Assembly: GCA_036172245.1 (NCBI GenBank)
Contig: JAYWIR010000018.1
Location: 3,534,001-3,598,000 of the forward strand
Direction of reading: 5' to 3'
Source: Raillietiella orientalis
Lineage: Eukaryota
Length of the DNA stretch: 64,000 nt
This document shows positions 37,001 through 50,300 of this stretch, in pieces; the stretch's first letter is position 1, and the number at the start of each line of letters is the position of its first letter. The position numbers were made by a program, and so were the translations under genes. The notes beneath the pieces are model-generated. The model did not search any database. It saw nothing but the letters and a program-made list of their open reading frames with translations, and was not told the origin of the DNA.

Positions 37001-38199
37001 TCCATGGTGGCCATCCGTGACATTTCGGGGAACAGAAACCGTAATTGGTGCTCCCATTTCTTGGTTCGTTCTTCCTGAGCTCTTCCACTTCTATATCTGG
37101 GAGACTGGGAGATCTATATATGCGCTGAGCTTAAAATGCCGTGAGTTCAAATCACGAATGCGGTCTCGAGAAATTCCTGCATTTTTGTCGACAGGAAGAG
37201 CAGCATCCCTCCTCTCATGGAAATGAAATCCCTGAGACACGCAGAGCGACTGCAAGAAGCTGCAGAGAACATCCGCTGACGAATGTGCACACACAAACCT
37301 CATTAAGGAGTGAACAGGATTATTGGAAAATCACCTCTTTGCGAGTCCCTCTTCCCTAAGGCTGTTTCCATACTTCGCGTGCTGAGCGCGTTCTACAACT
37401 CACAGCTTTGCTTTGGGCAATTAGAAACCTAGTTGCCTCTGGGTGGGATGATTGGATCTTCTCCGCGGGTTTGCGAACGAGGATCCTTTCGAATGTAAGT
37501 AGTGCGTAAGGTTTGGTTTCGGATCCGTGGTGTACATATGTTAGAGGATGCACAAAACACCACTCTTTCTGACCTCTAGAGATGGGCATCAGTTCACTGA
37601 TGGCTGTCCTTCGCCCGTTTGGGTAGGATCTGCTTGTTGAGGCTTACATTTCGCTGCAAGTGCCACAGTAGCAGCACGCTGAAGGTCAAGAAGGAGCCAT
37701 GTAGGGCTATGAAGCTCCACAAAGCCAGTAGTTGCCGTGACCAGAACGCTTTTCCCACCTTCAAACTTGAGGATCTCTTCAGCTTCGTCCGTGGTCTCCT
37801 TGTGACCGGTGTTCTCAGGAATCTCTGGAGCAAGTGTCTTCGCGAAGACCTCAGAGGCATCTTGATCTTGGTTCTTCATTTTCCTCATGAGCGACAGACA
37901 CCGCGGAAAGCGTGGCCAGGCGAATGTGGACAAAGGGTGACGGTCAATTAAGGAAGTCTGCTGACCATGATGCCTCTCTCCATGGGTTTTCTAGGAAATC
38001 TCTCACCGTGTGAACATGACAGATGCCATCCATGGTTTCTCACAGTGGAAACGAACGTTCGCATCAAACTTTCCCACCGATCATCACCTGTACCTGCGGA
38101 GTATCCTCCCTGTCGTCTCTATATGACAGTTGCGATCTGGAAGGAACTTTTCCCCCCTTTTCCTGAATTTGAACCACTTGTGAATGAAAGTGGTAAGAA

Positions 38200-38850
38200 G
38201 CTCAGGGAAAGCTGCAGTCCCTTTGCAGCTTGTTAGAAGATTCACTATGGGCAGCTGCAGCTTGATTTTGCGCTGATGTCTTGAGCTTTAAAAGATCGTT
38301 AGAGAATCCAAGGGAAAGAGTGAGTGGCTTGATTCTCTCTGGCAAGCGCTCGTTCCGAGAATGGCATCCATCCGATAGGAGAGGATTAGAAACCTTCGTC
38401 CAACTTCTTGGCACGCCCTCCCGTGCCAAAGGATGATTCTTCGAATTCCTGTACAGACGACGATCCTGTTGTGCTCTCGGTCGAGCAGAAGCAGCTGGGA
38501 CTTGACAACGCCGCGACGCATTCAAACTCTTTATAGGAGTGCCATCGTCACGCACGAGAAGAGGTAAATTAGAAGCGACACCGAAGCAGAAATGATGACA
38601 AGAGACAGAATCAATCTGACAGTCTCAGGTGGTGGAGCTCCCTCAGAAGAGTGCAGAATCCGCGATGCCAGAGAGTTCTCACCGGAGCATGAAATTGCAG
38701 CTCTCGTGGTCCGAAACAAAAGCCCTTTTCCTTCGATCTCCTTCTCTCTCTCACTGTTCTGGAAGATCACGTCCGATTGCCGTGCCTCACGTGAAAATTG
38801 AGATGGGATTTGAAGCAAAGAGATCGGCAGAGAGAGACAGGATAGGATCC
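38200..38850 (-). mobile_element. Decayed RT relic
   Basis: Degenerate QG-LSP-LF-like and thumb-like segments in ORFs 38531-38818 and 38288-38521. Confidence 0.35.
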
Positions 38851-39389
38851 AATTGACAAAACGGGAGGAGGAGCGAAGACGGTATTTATTTATTTTTATC
38901 CATGTACCATTTCACTTTTCTGGACCGCAAACGACGTTTTTCTCTAGAGCAGATCTTGCAGAGCAGCAGAAGAACAAGGACGAATCGCGAGTTCTCCTGT
39001 CTCTGCTGAGGTGAGGGGATTTACCCGGAAGGGCTTACTCCCATGGCTTTCGCGTGTATTTCTCTCGACTCATTGAATCAAGACTGCTCTCTAGACTTTC
39101 ATCGGCATCCACAGATAAAGATTGCGGTGATCTCCTACTGGAGACTCCACTGTGTGGGTCTGCACTTGGGAGCTCACGAAGTCCTATAGCAGAGCGGCAG
39201 CACGATACCTCCATTTGCGACACTCTCAGGTGGCAGATGCACTCAACTGCTATGCGCTGCTCTGCTACGCATTATTCTGAAGTCCTACTGGCATTCTGCT
39301 GGCCCTGTAGTGCCTTCCTAGAGCAACGAGCATCCATCGCAACTGATCACTAGATCATGTCATAGTAGATGTTTAATCTCGTTCACTCA

Positions 39390-39700
39390 GGGACTACCAT
39401 TCAAAGTAAAGAAACGTACGCTCACGTGTCTCGAAGGCACGATTCGGGGAGCACCGACATGCAGATCGGTAGCCAAGAGAAAAACGCGTTCACTACGCAA
39501 GAGTTGGGAGAGATAAAAATGAATAAATGAATTTGTATATGCAGTATGGGGAAAGACACTAAGGTTTATCGTCACCGGACGCGAACACTTGGTGTTCTGG
39601 AGTCTGAAAGGTCTCGTGCCTAACAGTCGTTTATAGGTATTCACTGACTCCTGCTTTGAAACAGGAGACTTCCTTCCCACCTAGCCAATTACCGACTGCC
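39390..39700 (-). repeat. Inverted homolog of 33760-34070 (retroelement 3' end)
   Basis: Shared blocks gtctcctgtt, gtcagtgaatacctataa, aacaccaag and cgagaca-gtgag-gta-gttt. Confidence 0.85.
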
Positions 39701-41028
39701 ATCACTCTCCCATAGCGAGGCCTGGTCGTTGTTGGCGAAGGACTGGTTTGCGACGGGTATACAGGAACGAGATGTTCAGGAGAGGGTTTTGTCCGGCAAA
39801 TGCACATTTGCGCTTCAAAATCTTCAGCCTTCCGCGGAGCCTTTCGTCAATAGGTCTAGGTTTCTTTTTTAAGTTCCTCTTTTGCATGGGTTCAAAACTC
39901 GGAGCGACCTAATTCAGCTATTTCGAATACATGATATCTACGCTTTGTCATTTGGAACGTTTCCTGGTCGATGCTCCAAGTAGATGCCCTGCTGTGTTGT
40001 TCATCTGCACAGAGCATCCTTGGAAAATGGCTCAAGTATGAATTGATTCCTGTTTGCAGCTTTGGGTCTGAATCTCAAACAGGGACATCCAACAACTCTT
40101 GCAAGTCATCAGAGGATCGCTGTGCACGTGCGGCTGTTCCCGTTTCAGTTTTCTTGCTAATGCAAGGTATTCCAGCCAGTATGTTGTGTCTTATATTTAT
40201 ATCTACCCTCCTCGACGTGCCAAAGGCTTTTCCCACTAACCTTTCTCAGAGAAGCTCTCCAGCACAGCTTCCATTTCCTGTCGCATGTCCATTGGGCGTT
40301 TCCTCTTGGGAACCTGCCATGGAATCTGCCTTAGAACGGAACCGATAGCACCATCTAGCACGCAGATTGCTACACTTTGTGTCCTTTCCGAGCAGACAGA
40401 GTCAGAAAGTTTCGGAAGCATCAAATAGCGAGCCCTTTACCTTGACAATCTCCAAGTTCTTGTCTGATGATGGAGCATACCTTGCTTTACCATCAGACGA
40501 GTCCTGATCCTAAAAAAACAATCTGTGGAGAATGAGAGAAGCTTAGCTCCCAAGATCTTAGAACTGGTACACGCTTTGCGAATTCCGAAAGAAGTCTGGG
40601 AAAACTCTCATCGATCTGTTCCCTTAGCTCACCGTGTTGGGGCTTGCTTGCGTTCTTGGTGGCTGCAAGGAAAAAGAGTGCAGAAGAGGCAGACTCACGG
40701 AAGACGGCTTTAGAGAGCACATCTTAGTCGCCTCGCTCTCCGTGAACAGCAGTGGTCAAAGGGCACCACATCAGGAATGACTGACTGCCCACCACGCAGC
40801 CAGAGTCTCTATGCCACTTTGAGCGATAGTCGTGGGACCTTCGTGCAATTTGGAAAACGAGGAAGACATGAAAGCTCCTTAGGTGATGGGCACAGTGTAT
40901 CAGGAGAGAAATAGTGTGCTTAAACACGGAACAGGTACCAGATGTAACTCAAAGCATTAGCTAAGTTGACAGCTATAGAGCAGCCTTGGGAAACCACAGC
41001 AGTTTAAAGGACTTCGTGAGCCCAGGAG

Positions 41029-41652
41029 ATTGCTGAATCAAGTCCTGGGATGGTGAGGCATTCCAAAGAAAAATGAAAATTTGGTAGCTATGGGAATTTT
41101 TCCACGCTGTCCTGTGAGATTTTGCAAAGAATAAAGATCATCTTTACAAGGATCCCCCGTTAAAGATGATTTTTGTAAAGAAGGGTGGGCTCAGCGGAGT
41201 ACTTCAATTCTGGGTCCACCGTCTCCACAAATGTCAGGGCATCTCTCGAACTCAGGTTTCGTGTGAAAACTTCCAATGGTGTCGAGTAATTTGATCAGGA
41301 GCTGCACCAACACTGCACTGCTGGTGCGTCATCCAGAATGTTTTGCATTCCAAAGAGTCGCATTGTGATGCGGCTTCGATTCATGTAGCGAAGACGATGC
41401 CTGCAGCAAAGGAAGTCGACCTCTTGAGGGGCACACTTGGTACCTGACCCAGAAGGATAGCGTCCTTTGAGCACCAACTAGAGCAAGTTCCAGCAAAGGA
41501 AAGAAAACTCCTACTGAGAACGTGAAGGAGCTTTTGAAGAGAAGGAAGAAATGAATCAAGATTCCCGAAAGCTGAAGAGATTCCTGAATCAAGTCCTGGG
41601 ACAGTGATGAATTTTAGAGAAAAATAAAAGTTGAAATAGTAACTATGGAAAT
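41029..41652. repeat. Diverged about 70 bp direct repeat (41029-41100 / 41579-41652)
   Basis: Both copies contain ctgaatcaagtcctggga...gaaaaat-aaa...ctatgg-aatt. The minus strand reads QDLIQE/Q, possibly tandem APE fragments. Confidence 0.7.
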
Positions 41653-41999
41653 TACTCTTTCAAGATGAACCTGATTCCCAACATGTCAACTACTCTACCC
41701 ACTGAATCCATGATGACGCCCAGTGCTTGGCTCGCAATCTGCCCCCTCGACACCTTGTGCGACGGTGGTACCAAGATGGAAGGAGTTCCTCGTTTTGCTA
41801 GGTGGCTGTTACGAGGAGGGTTGTCGATATAATGAGCGTGGCACCCCCGAGCATGTCGCCTGCTGCGTTACAAGGATCACATGTGAGAACTGTAGAATAT
41901 ATTTATTTCTTTTTATCTGAGAGTAACATGACAGGAAACAAACTCTCAGATTACTCCAGGATAATGCCGGGTGCACGAAGTCCTATAAGTTTTTCTGGG

Positions 42000-43400
42000 A
42001 GAAAGAAGACTTGGATTCTCACATACGTAGTCCTTGTCGAGGCTTTCTGCTTGTACAGGGACCATCCGTAGGAGGAAGCTCCAGTTGATCTGGCGCCTTC
42101 TTCGGCCGCCGATTCCCATAGAACTGCGCGCGCAAGGGCATGCGGACCGAATCCTCCACCGATTCGCAACATCCCTTCTCATACCAGAGGGCCGACTGGT
42201 TCTTCCGCCGGAGGTTCCAGGGAGCTTTTGCTTCCTTTTAAACACGTTGCTTCGTAGGGATCGATGCTTCGGACCGAGAGGGGAGAGAAGAGGAGGAGGG
42301 AAAAAAATTAATTCCATGTATTAAGATTCCACTCTGTGCCTCTGTCGCGAGCTGCCAGAACAATCCCGAGTGAAGAAAAGAAGAGAGAAGGGAGTGGAAC
42401 TCATTTTTTGGCGTCAGGAGTTCCAGAAGCTCTTTGAAAACTTCGCGGCAACTGGAAGCTCAAGAGGCAAGAGCAGCAGGGAAAAGCGATCGTGACCACG
42501 AAAAAAAGACATTGAGGAAATGGAACGTCAACGGAAAGAGTACGGAGATTAATCTTTTGCGTGTCGAGTGGGAAGGCATTGCTAGCCTGAGACCAACGTA
42601 CTTGGAAGGAACGGCTTCTTGCGCATCGGTGTTCTACCGAAGGAAGGATTGAACGCAAACTCCCCTTGCCATCAGGCGGTTGTCGAGATCTCCTCTGTCA
42701 GCAAATCAATTAGCTAATGGCGGAGATTTGACTCTTCATTTTGATTGTCATCCTCTGGATCTAACGCAAAGTCTCGGCACCCAGGGACAAAAAATCCTCT
42801 CATCTCGGAGTACGATGTGATTGTGATAGGGTTTTCTTTCCGGGGAGACAGATCGCGCGGTTATTAGGCCGGAGAGTCACGGGCTCGCCTTAGTCCGGAA
42901 ACTGTCATCTCGATAGAACCAGAGAATGCTGCTGCCTTCAGCCTCTGTAACCCGCACTTCCAGAGATAGGGATGGAGAACCGAAAAGGGTGCAGCTGCAG
43001 CTCCCTTATTAACGTCCCATTGAGTGGTGACGAGTGGTGACTTGTCCTGCTCACGCCAAGTCTTCGCTGCGCAGCCAACGTCGATACCTCGTGGCAAGGA
43101 GAAGAGAGGCGTTCCATCAAGCTGTTCCTCATGACGTCTCTCATCAAGCCACCTTCTGCAGGCTCTCAGCGACCCTCAAGCGAGAACTCTTTCGCTCCTC
43201 CCTGAGGAGTGGGCAGTTTGTTGAAAAAATTCTTCCCAAAGGAGTTGCACCCACGGCAGCATTCAGCAATGCTCTCGGAGGCGGAATGCCAAAAACTGTA
43301 AGAAAGACTTGAATCCTTGAAGTCTGCCTGGTGCGACGGATGCAGTTGCCTCACGGAAAAAAATAGACCTCATTGTGTGCTCCAGCTCCAAAGAAAGCGG
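42000..43400 (+). mobile_element. Decayed non-LTR relic (ORF1 end + APE endonuclease)
   Basis: TLRKWNVNG (APE N-terminal SWNVNG, about 42510) and ANGGDL (GGDFN-like, about 42720). Confidence 0.55.
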
Positions 43401-43899
43401 AAGGGAGTACGACGATCCCCCTCCCGCCCCTTTGTTTTTCCTAAACACTTTTTCCGGTTTCTCTCCTTCTTATTGTCTTCTTTCTCCCCCTTCTCAATGT
43501 TCTCGAGCGTAAACGGGTGGCTCCGTGAGCTGAGGTCTTTCGGGCATGGACTCAACAGGAATCGACCTTATGGCCAGTCAGCCTGTTTCTTTAAATGTAT
43601 TTATATGATACCTGACAGAAGCACAGAGCCTATTGACCTTTCTTGGGCTAAAATCCCGGTTCTATCTACCATTTCCATGATACAGGAGACGCAATCTCCG
43701 CTTGCTTGTTCTTGACCCACTTGAACTTTCAGAGGCTTGCACAGAAGGAAAAGACTCCAAGACATCTTAGTGAGCTGCCCTCCGTTATTGTGCCTTCCAC
43801 CTCCACTTTATCTCTGTTTTCTCGCTGCCTCGGGTTTGAGGCCAGTCTCTGGTCGCCTCCGACAGCTTCCGCGTCAGGAACGTGACCGACACTGGAAAC

Positions 43900-45500
43900 T
43901 TTGCCTTGGCAGACATGCTACGAGTGGCACTCTCGAAGCGAGCGAACCACAAGCAGCACCAGCGCGAAAAACAAACCTCGGAGCATTTTGACCGCACTCC
44001 AAGAAAGCTCTGGGATCGTTCCTCGTGATCTGCGTGTGCTGTGCATATGGAATGCAGGTTCCGGAGCGTGGCGCAAGCGCGACCTCTTTATGCTTCCCGA
44101 AAAGGAAGGAGAAGAGCATCCGCTCCAAGGCGGGGGGAGTGAGAGGATCTCATGCCGTTGCCGGACCGATTTTGCACGCATTTCTTGACCCTCCTGCGCC
44201 ACATACGCTAGGTGGAACTGGCCGATCCTCCGGAGGGAGCACCCTCTGGAGATGGCCGAGATATGGGCAGAGGCTCAGCTACGGAAGCCTTCCTTCGCCC
44301 GCTCTCTTTCCCGACTCTTGAAGCCAAGATGATCACATGTCTGTCTCTTTGTTTCCTTCACCTCATCAGAGAGATGTCTATAACCACTCTATGGGGAAAA
44401 AGCATCAGCCCATCGAGAAGACGAGGAGCTTCCTTCGAGCCATCCTGGGAACGTCTCAGGCTCCAGTGTTCACTCTCGGAGAGGCTGGAAGAGGAAGAGA
44501 AGGGGAGAAGAGTTCCGAACCCCTATCTTCCAACGACAGTGCTGCAAGTTCTCCTGCGCAGGCAGCTGCTCTCCTGCCTCGTTAAAAGGAAAGAACCACG
44601 GAAGGGTAAGAACCGCGGAAAAAGTCGTCTGGAAATGCTCGGATGCGCATGGATCAATGGAGTCCGCAAAGAAGTCCGTGGGACGATTGGAGGATGCTTG
44701 TGCTCCTCCACGAAGACCTCGGCGGAAAAACGAAGTCGAGAAGGGGAGGGACTAGGGGAAAGGGATGGATGAGGAAGTCCCACCCTCACGTGACAAAACT
44801 CCTTTGGAGATGCCTCGCAAGAGTTTGCATCGATCTCCCGAGAGAGGCGGTAACTACGGAAGCAGTTCTCAGGGGACAGGGGGGAGAGGGAGCGATTTCC
44901 GGGAGACCTATGAGAGCCGCTTCCTGCCATGGGACCAGAGCTACTGCTGTCGTCTCGGTTTCCTGTCTCTGTGCTGCCGAGAGCTTCTTAGAACCCGATC
45001 GACTCTCTGAGAAACGCCGCCTTCCTGTCTTCTGCAATGCGACCCTCCCCTTCGCTGTCCGCTTCTCCACCTCCGACTCGCGGGGCGGGCCTTGCCCGAG
45101 GCGCGGAGTGTGCGGTCCCTGACTTCGCTCACCGCCGCGCGCAACGAGCCGGACATTCGCTACCAAGGCCTCTGCGCAACAGGCTTCTTTCATGCTTGCT
45201 GCATCTTTTGCGTACCTTCCCCTTTCCTCCCTTCCTGAAACTGAAGCACTTTGTTCGAGAGCGAGCACCCGGCCCATTGGAGGCTGAGCCGAGATGCGAG
45301 CGACGTCGTGCTCGAAACACTGATTCCGGTAACGCTCGACGTTTCGAATGGTATCCTTCGTCAGTCATGCGAACGGCGCCTCCTGCCTTCGAGAGGTTCG
45401 CAGCTGGCTACGCAGAAGGGGAGAGGGGCACGAGAAAGGGGAAAGACATGTGGAAAGTTGAACTTTAATGTTTTCGCTGCGTTTGTGATGCGAACTCCTC
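43900..45500 (-). mobile_element. Decayed RT relic
   Basis: KEFCHV.WDFL (KAFDxVxWxFL-like, about 44790) and RAFPDD (about 44630) in order. Confidence 0.45.
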
Positions 45501-47299
45501 GAAGGAGCAGGGGAAAGGAGTTGCCGTTGCGCAGGGGTCCCTAGGCAATCGAAAAGACGTTTCGTGACCAGCAATGGCAACGGAGTTGTGTACCTGTCGT
45601 GGCACGTTCTCTCCCGCTCGCCTGTTTTCGAGCGTGAACAGAAATCTGTGCGCAATGATTGCAGAGTGAATCATTTATGGAACCCGATTATGCATGAATA
45701 GTGATTTATTATACATGCGTGCACAGTGAATCATTGATTGTGCACGAATTCAACACATGTTATTCAAATGAACAAAGTATAAGATGAAAAGCTTGGGATA
45801 AGCAGCCAGAGAATCAATTCGATAGTGCAAATGCTTGAGCTGCTTGCATAGAAATTAATCGTGGGACAAAATGCAGCCCTTCTAGAATGTGACATCGCAA
45901 TTGCATTTCCATAAGTTTGAGTCGCCTGTGAGAGAACTTTGCATGCTTATTAGAGAGTAAAAAGTTCCATTTTTGCCGAATCTGAAGGGTTCAGATCAAA
46001 TTCTGGAAGACGAGCAGTTAGAGCTGCTTTAAATTCGATCTAGTGATTTTTTTCGTTTCTGCTTTTTTTCCCATAATGCACTTTTTTTTTTTCTTCCTTT
46101 TCCTTCATCTCCCGCATTCGTCTATTTGACAGGAGGAAAGGAAGGAGAACGGAAAGTCTCCTTGAAAGTTAACCTGTAATGTGCACTGCTTTTCCAGGTT
46201 CTGTTGCCTCGGTTCTAGAGAGTAGAATGCCCAAGCACCTATCTCTAAGAAGAATATCATACCCATTGGTTCTCTCATCTCAGGACCACATCTCCCTGTT
46301 GTGGCTTTTGTTTCGTGCGAGTTCTGTTCATTGAAAAAAATTGAACACAAAGAACAACCAGGCACGTGTGTCAGTCAAGCAGTATGTTCATTGAAAAGAT
46401 CTCGAACTTCTGGAATCGGTTCCCACAGTACTATCCTCAGGGGAGGATCCCGTGTCCCTCTCGAAGTCTAAGAATAAAGTTTCACATATTTGTCTCCTGC
46501 AAATCTGAAAATTGTCTCAAAAGTTGAAACCTTCAAAACTAACACATCTTCCAAGCTTGAAGACTAACGCACGGCTGATAATAAGTACAACGAAAAAGGG
46601 GATGGAAAGGAGGGTTGACGTTTCCTTCTCAGGCCACGTTCTCCAGGAAATCTTTTTACTGCTTTCAACATGTCTCCTTCGAAGGTACTTGATCTGCTTT
46701 GTTCTAGACATTTCTTCAGCCCGACGGCCGTTAGGTCTCGCTGAAATCACTCCCCACACCACTCTTTAGTTTTTTACCACGACTTCTTCAACAAGAGCAT
46801 GGGCTTACCTGCTCTTGGCGAAGGGATTCGGCATTGGATGAAATATGGTGGTGCCAGCAGCCCTGAAAAGGATGCCTACTTTTTCCGCCTAGAGAGAATG
46901 ACGTTCTCGAAAGTTCCAAAAGATCATCGATGATTTCCGAGAAGCCACACAGGACGAGAACATTCAAGAAGAGTCATCTGGAGCGGGACGGATAGCGGAG
47001 CTCTGTGATCCAGAAATTGCTTTAACAGAACCGAGCTGAAAGGTGAGCAGACAGGAGTCGGTGTCGAACAGGCTTCTTCTCTGCGGCAGAGCCGCGACCT
47101 GGAGTGGCAGAGTCCGATCTGATCCTCTATCGTAGAAGGCCTTTGTGAGAAAACGAAGAGCGAGGGAATGAAGAAGTGGTGAGATGGAGGAAGGAATCGG
47201 CTTTTCCGGCTCAAACATAGGAAGGACTCTGATTTGCAGCTCTCGACTAGCTCAAAATCCCCCCGCCCGTCTACAGCTGAAAGGAAAGTGCAGCAGTGA

Positions 47300-50200
47300 A
47301 CGTTCCAAGGGACTCGAGAAAACATCCTCTTTCTTCCTTGTCTCTTTCTGGTCTTCTGATCTTTAGTGCTCTCGACTAACCGTTCACACTGTCACCTAGA
47401 AGCACGAACATGCAAGATTTCAAGGAAAGGAGAGTGGTCTGACGATCTAAGCATGCTGCTTCCCAAAAGCATCCTTCGGTCCCCTGAACCAGGATTTCGG
47501 GGATCTTTGACACTCCATCCGTACTTTCTCGCCTTGTCTACTGAACAAAAGGTGGAGAAGCACGAATCTGAGGAGAGAAGGAGAGGAAAGGTTTTCCGTG
47601 TTTCTGTGTCAGAAGAGTCTCTGTTGACCTGTTTACACTTTCGTAAGAGGAAAGGGGGAGAAGGGAATCAGGGAGAAGGTTCGTCTCGGGAGGAATTCTA
47701 CTTGGAGATGTTTGCGCTGGGCATGGCTCCATAGGCGGTGCGTAGTCAGCAGCGGACCAGAGAGGTTCCGCAGCAAGAACACCACTTTTGCAGGAAGCGC
47801 TCCCTTCCGCCTTCCGTTCCTCTGGCGAGTGAGGCGAGGTACTGAGGGTTTCTCCAAGGTCGGCTGCTCGTCAGACTGCAGAGCTTCTTGCAGATGCACG
47901 CCATCTCCTTCCAGCACTCAAAAGCTTCCAAAGTCGGATCCGAAGAAACTCGAAGGTGGGACAAGTCAGCATTAAGAGATCATCAGATGATTAATGATCT
48001 TTAAGAGCGTCATATGTAACAAAATCTGAACCCTTCCGGGTTGCAACTCCTATAATGAAGGAGAACAAGGAGCATGCGACTTGCACATTGAGAGAATTGG
48101 AAGGAGAGGAAGCAAACGCACCTACGGAAGATGTGGAATAGAAGTGAGGAAGATGAGGAGAGAGAAGAAGAACAATGCCGTTACAGGACCGAAGGCGTGC
48201 AGAGGACAAACTTTCTCTCTAATCCTTCCTGAAAACCTCCAGAGTTCCCTCTTAACTTAAGGAGATGCGAGGAAAAAGCTATGCTTTTTTGTGAGCCTGA
48301 CAGATGCCTTTCTCCCATATTTCGTTCGAGTGGAGCATATCTCAGTTTTCCTCCCTACAGCTTCTGAAGCGCCAGACCTTGGAAATCACCAAAGCAGTGG
48401 TCCGCTATCTCGCTTCTTTTCCGATTTTCCACGCGGTTAGAGCTTGTCTCCCGTCCATCTGTGCCATGAGTCATGCCCTCGCGCTCTCGAGGCTCTTTTC
48501 GGCTGTCTGAAGCAAGGTGATACGAGAGTCTCCATTCTGGGGGGCGGGACGTACTCAGAAAGTTATGCGGCCGACAAGGCGTGCACAAGAACTCGGAAGT
48601 CTCTCTGATGTTACTCGTCGGAGACGGAAGGAACGCACTAGCGCTTGCGGTACTGTTCTCACACAGATTTCCCTCCTTCTTGCCTTCCGCCTGTGGAATC
48701 TGGAGCTAGACGCACTCTGTTCCCTCGGGAACAAGGACTGTCTATTTCCAGTGCATGAGTTCACTTTGCGATCCCGTGATGCTTTCTTGTCATCCGCGTA
48801 CCAACATTCACTATACTGATCAAATCAAGGACGCACGCAAGCACGCGTTGCCAAAGAAACCGGAAACTCTGCATAACTCTCCGAAGTTTAATGGAATGCA
48901 CACCACCGATTTCTAGGCGCTCAAAGTTCAAGATTCGCCTCGAGGATTACATGGGAGAGTCTGGAGATCCCCCTCAGGAGCATTGCTGACTACGAGCAGA
49001 CGGGAAGAGCGGAAAAGTTAGGACCGTGAATCCTTCTTGTGAATGCTTGAGTAAGCAACCACCTCGCCTTTTCGCCTTGAGGCCTGAGATGAAACCGCCG
49101 ACCACCTCCCTCCTGATGAGACCTTGAACCTTCCCGTCTCTAACTTTCCAGTGTCTTCGCAGAATACGTCCAACGGTTCGCGAGCACATCGTCAAGGGGT
49201 TTATCGGCCCAGTTTGGCCCTACTTGCTCGGCGCTGAAGTCCTGCACAGACTATGAACTTCCTCTCTTGTACTCATCTATGACCCTCTTGGCGGCAAGAG
49301 GAACGAGGTAAGGCGTCAGTTGCCGAGTTCCTTGCAAATCCTTTTGTAGATGTTGCAGCTCTCAAGGACAACCCTCAAATTTTCATCAGACAGTTCCGAG
49401 TCGTTGCTTTTACCAGTGGATCTGAACCTCCTGTTTGGGGCTGGGAAGGCGTGTTGAGGATCGGTGGAGTATTTCTGGCACCGCGACACGGACAGGTTCT
49501 TTCCTGAGGAGCTTTAGACGCGATAGCAACTTCCGCATGACTGCTTCAAAAATCTTCCTGTCCTCAGGTGTCGTCGAGATCTTTCTGACAGAATCTGCAC
49601 TCGGATGTGCGAGCCGAATTCTGGAGAGATTCCGGGAGACTTCTCACGAAACAGGCCTGGACCCGCGGCCGCTTGTGATTTCCTGTCCGCTCGCCTCCCC
49701 ACTTCGCAAAACGCGGCATGTCTCCTTTCTCTGCGGATCGACGACCTGAGCCTTGCGTCGTCATCAGGAGCCGCTGACTGTTCCAAGGGGAAGAGAGACC
49801 TCAGATTGATGCAATGCTGAAGCTCGGACCGGCGAATCATGAAAGTCTAGTGAACAGTCTTGGTAAGCAGTATTGGCTCTTCAGGGCAAACCAAACGCTG
49901 GATACGGTGCAGTTGATTAAACACTCATCAGTTCCCTTGAAAGGTTCTGGCTGTTCTAGGCAGTAGGGAGGTTGAACCACGGAAGCTGAAATCCGATTCT
50001 CTTGGTTTTCATCTCCACTTTTCGCCCCATGTCGAAGAGCCGAATGCAAACCCAGTGTTCTTGGAATCCTGTGCAGATTTTTCAACTTCACCAGTCCCTT
50101 TTTGTCTTGGAAGAGTCTGAGGGAAGGGTGGAAACTGGAATCACCCCGGAATCGGGAAATCAACTTCATCTATGGTGAAGAAAAATCGATTCCTTAGGCT

Positions 50201-50300
50201 CTGGTGATGCTCTCGCGTCCACTCAGCGTATTCATAATAAATAAGAGCTAATAGCACTACCTGAACAGTGAAAAGCTTTTGATCAGATGAGAAAAAGGAA
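47300..50300 (-). mobile_element. Decayed non-LTR ORF2 relic (APE through RT)
   Basis: FRGDSSF (GDFN-like, about 50140), QVGPNWAD (KxPGPDG-like, about 49215), QNGDSRITLL (QGDPLSPLL-like, about 48530) and IADH (about 48400) in order. Confidence 0.45.

Noticed and set aside
45650..45750. 16 bp motif repeated at 60 bp spacing plus a short hairpin, superficially array-like
   Set aside because: Only two units and no cas-like or other associated genes; not a CRISPR or satellite array.
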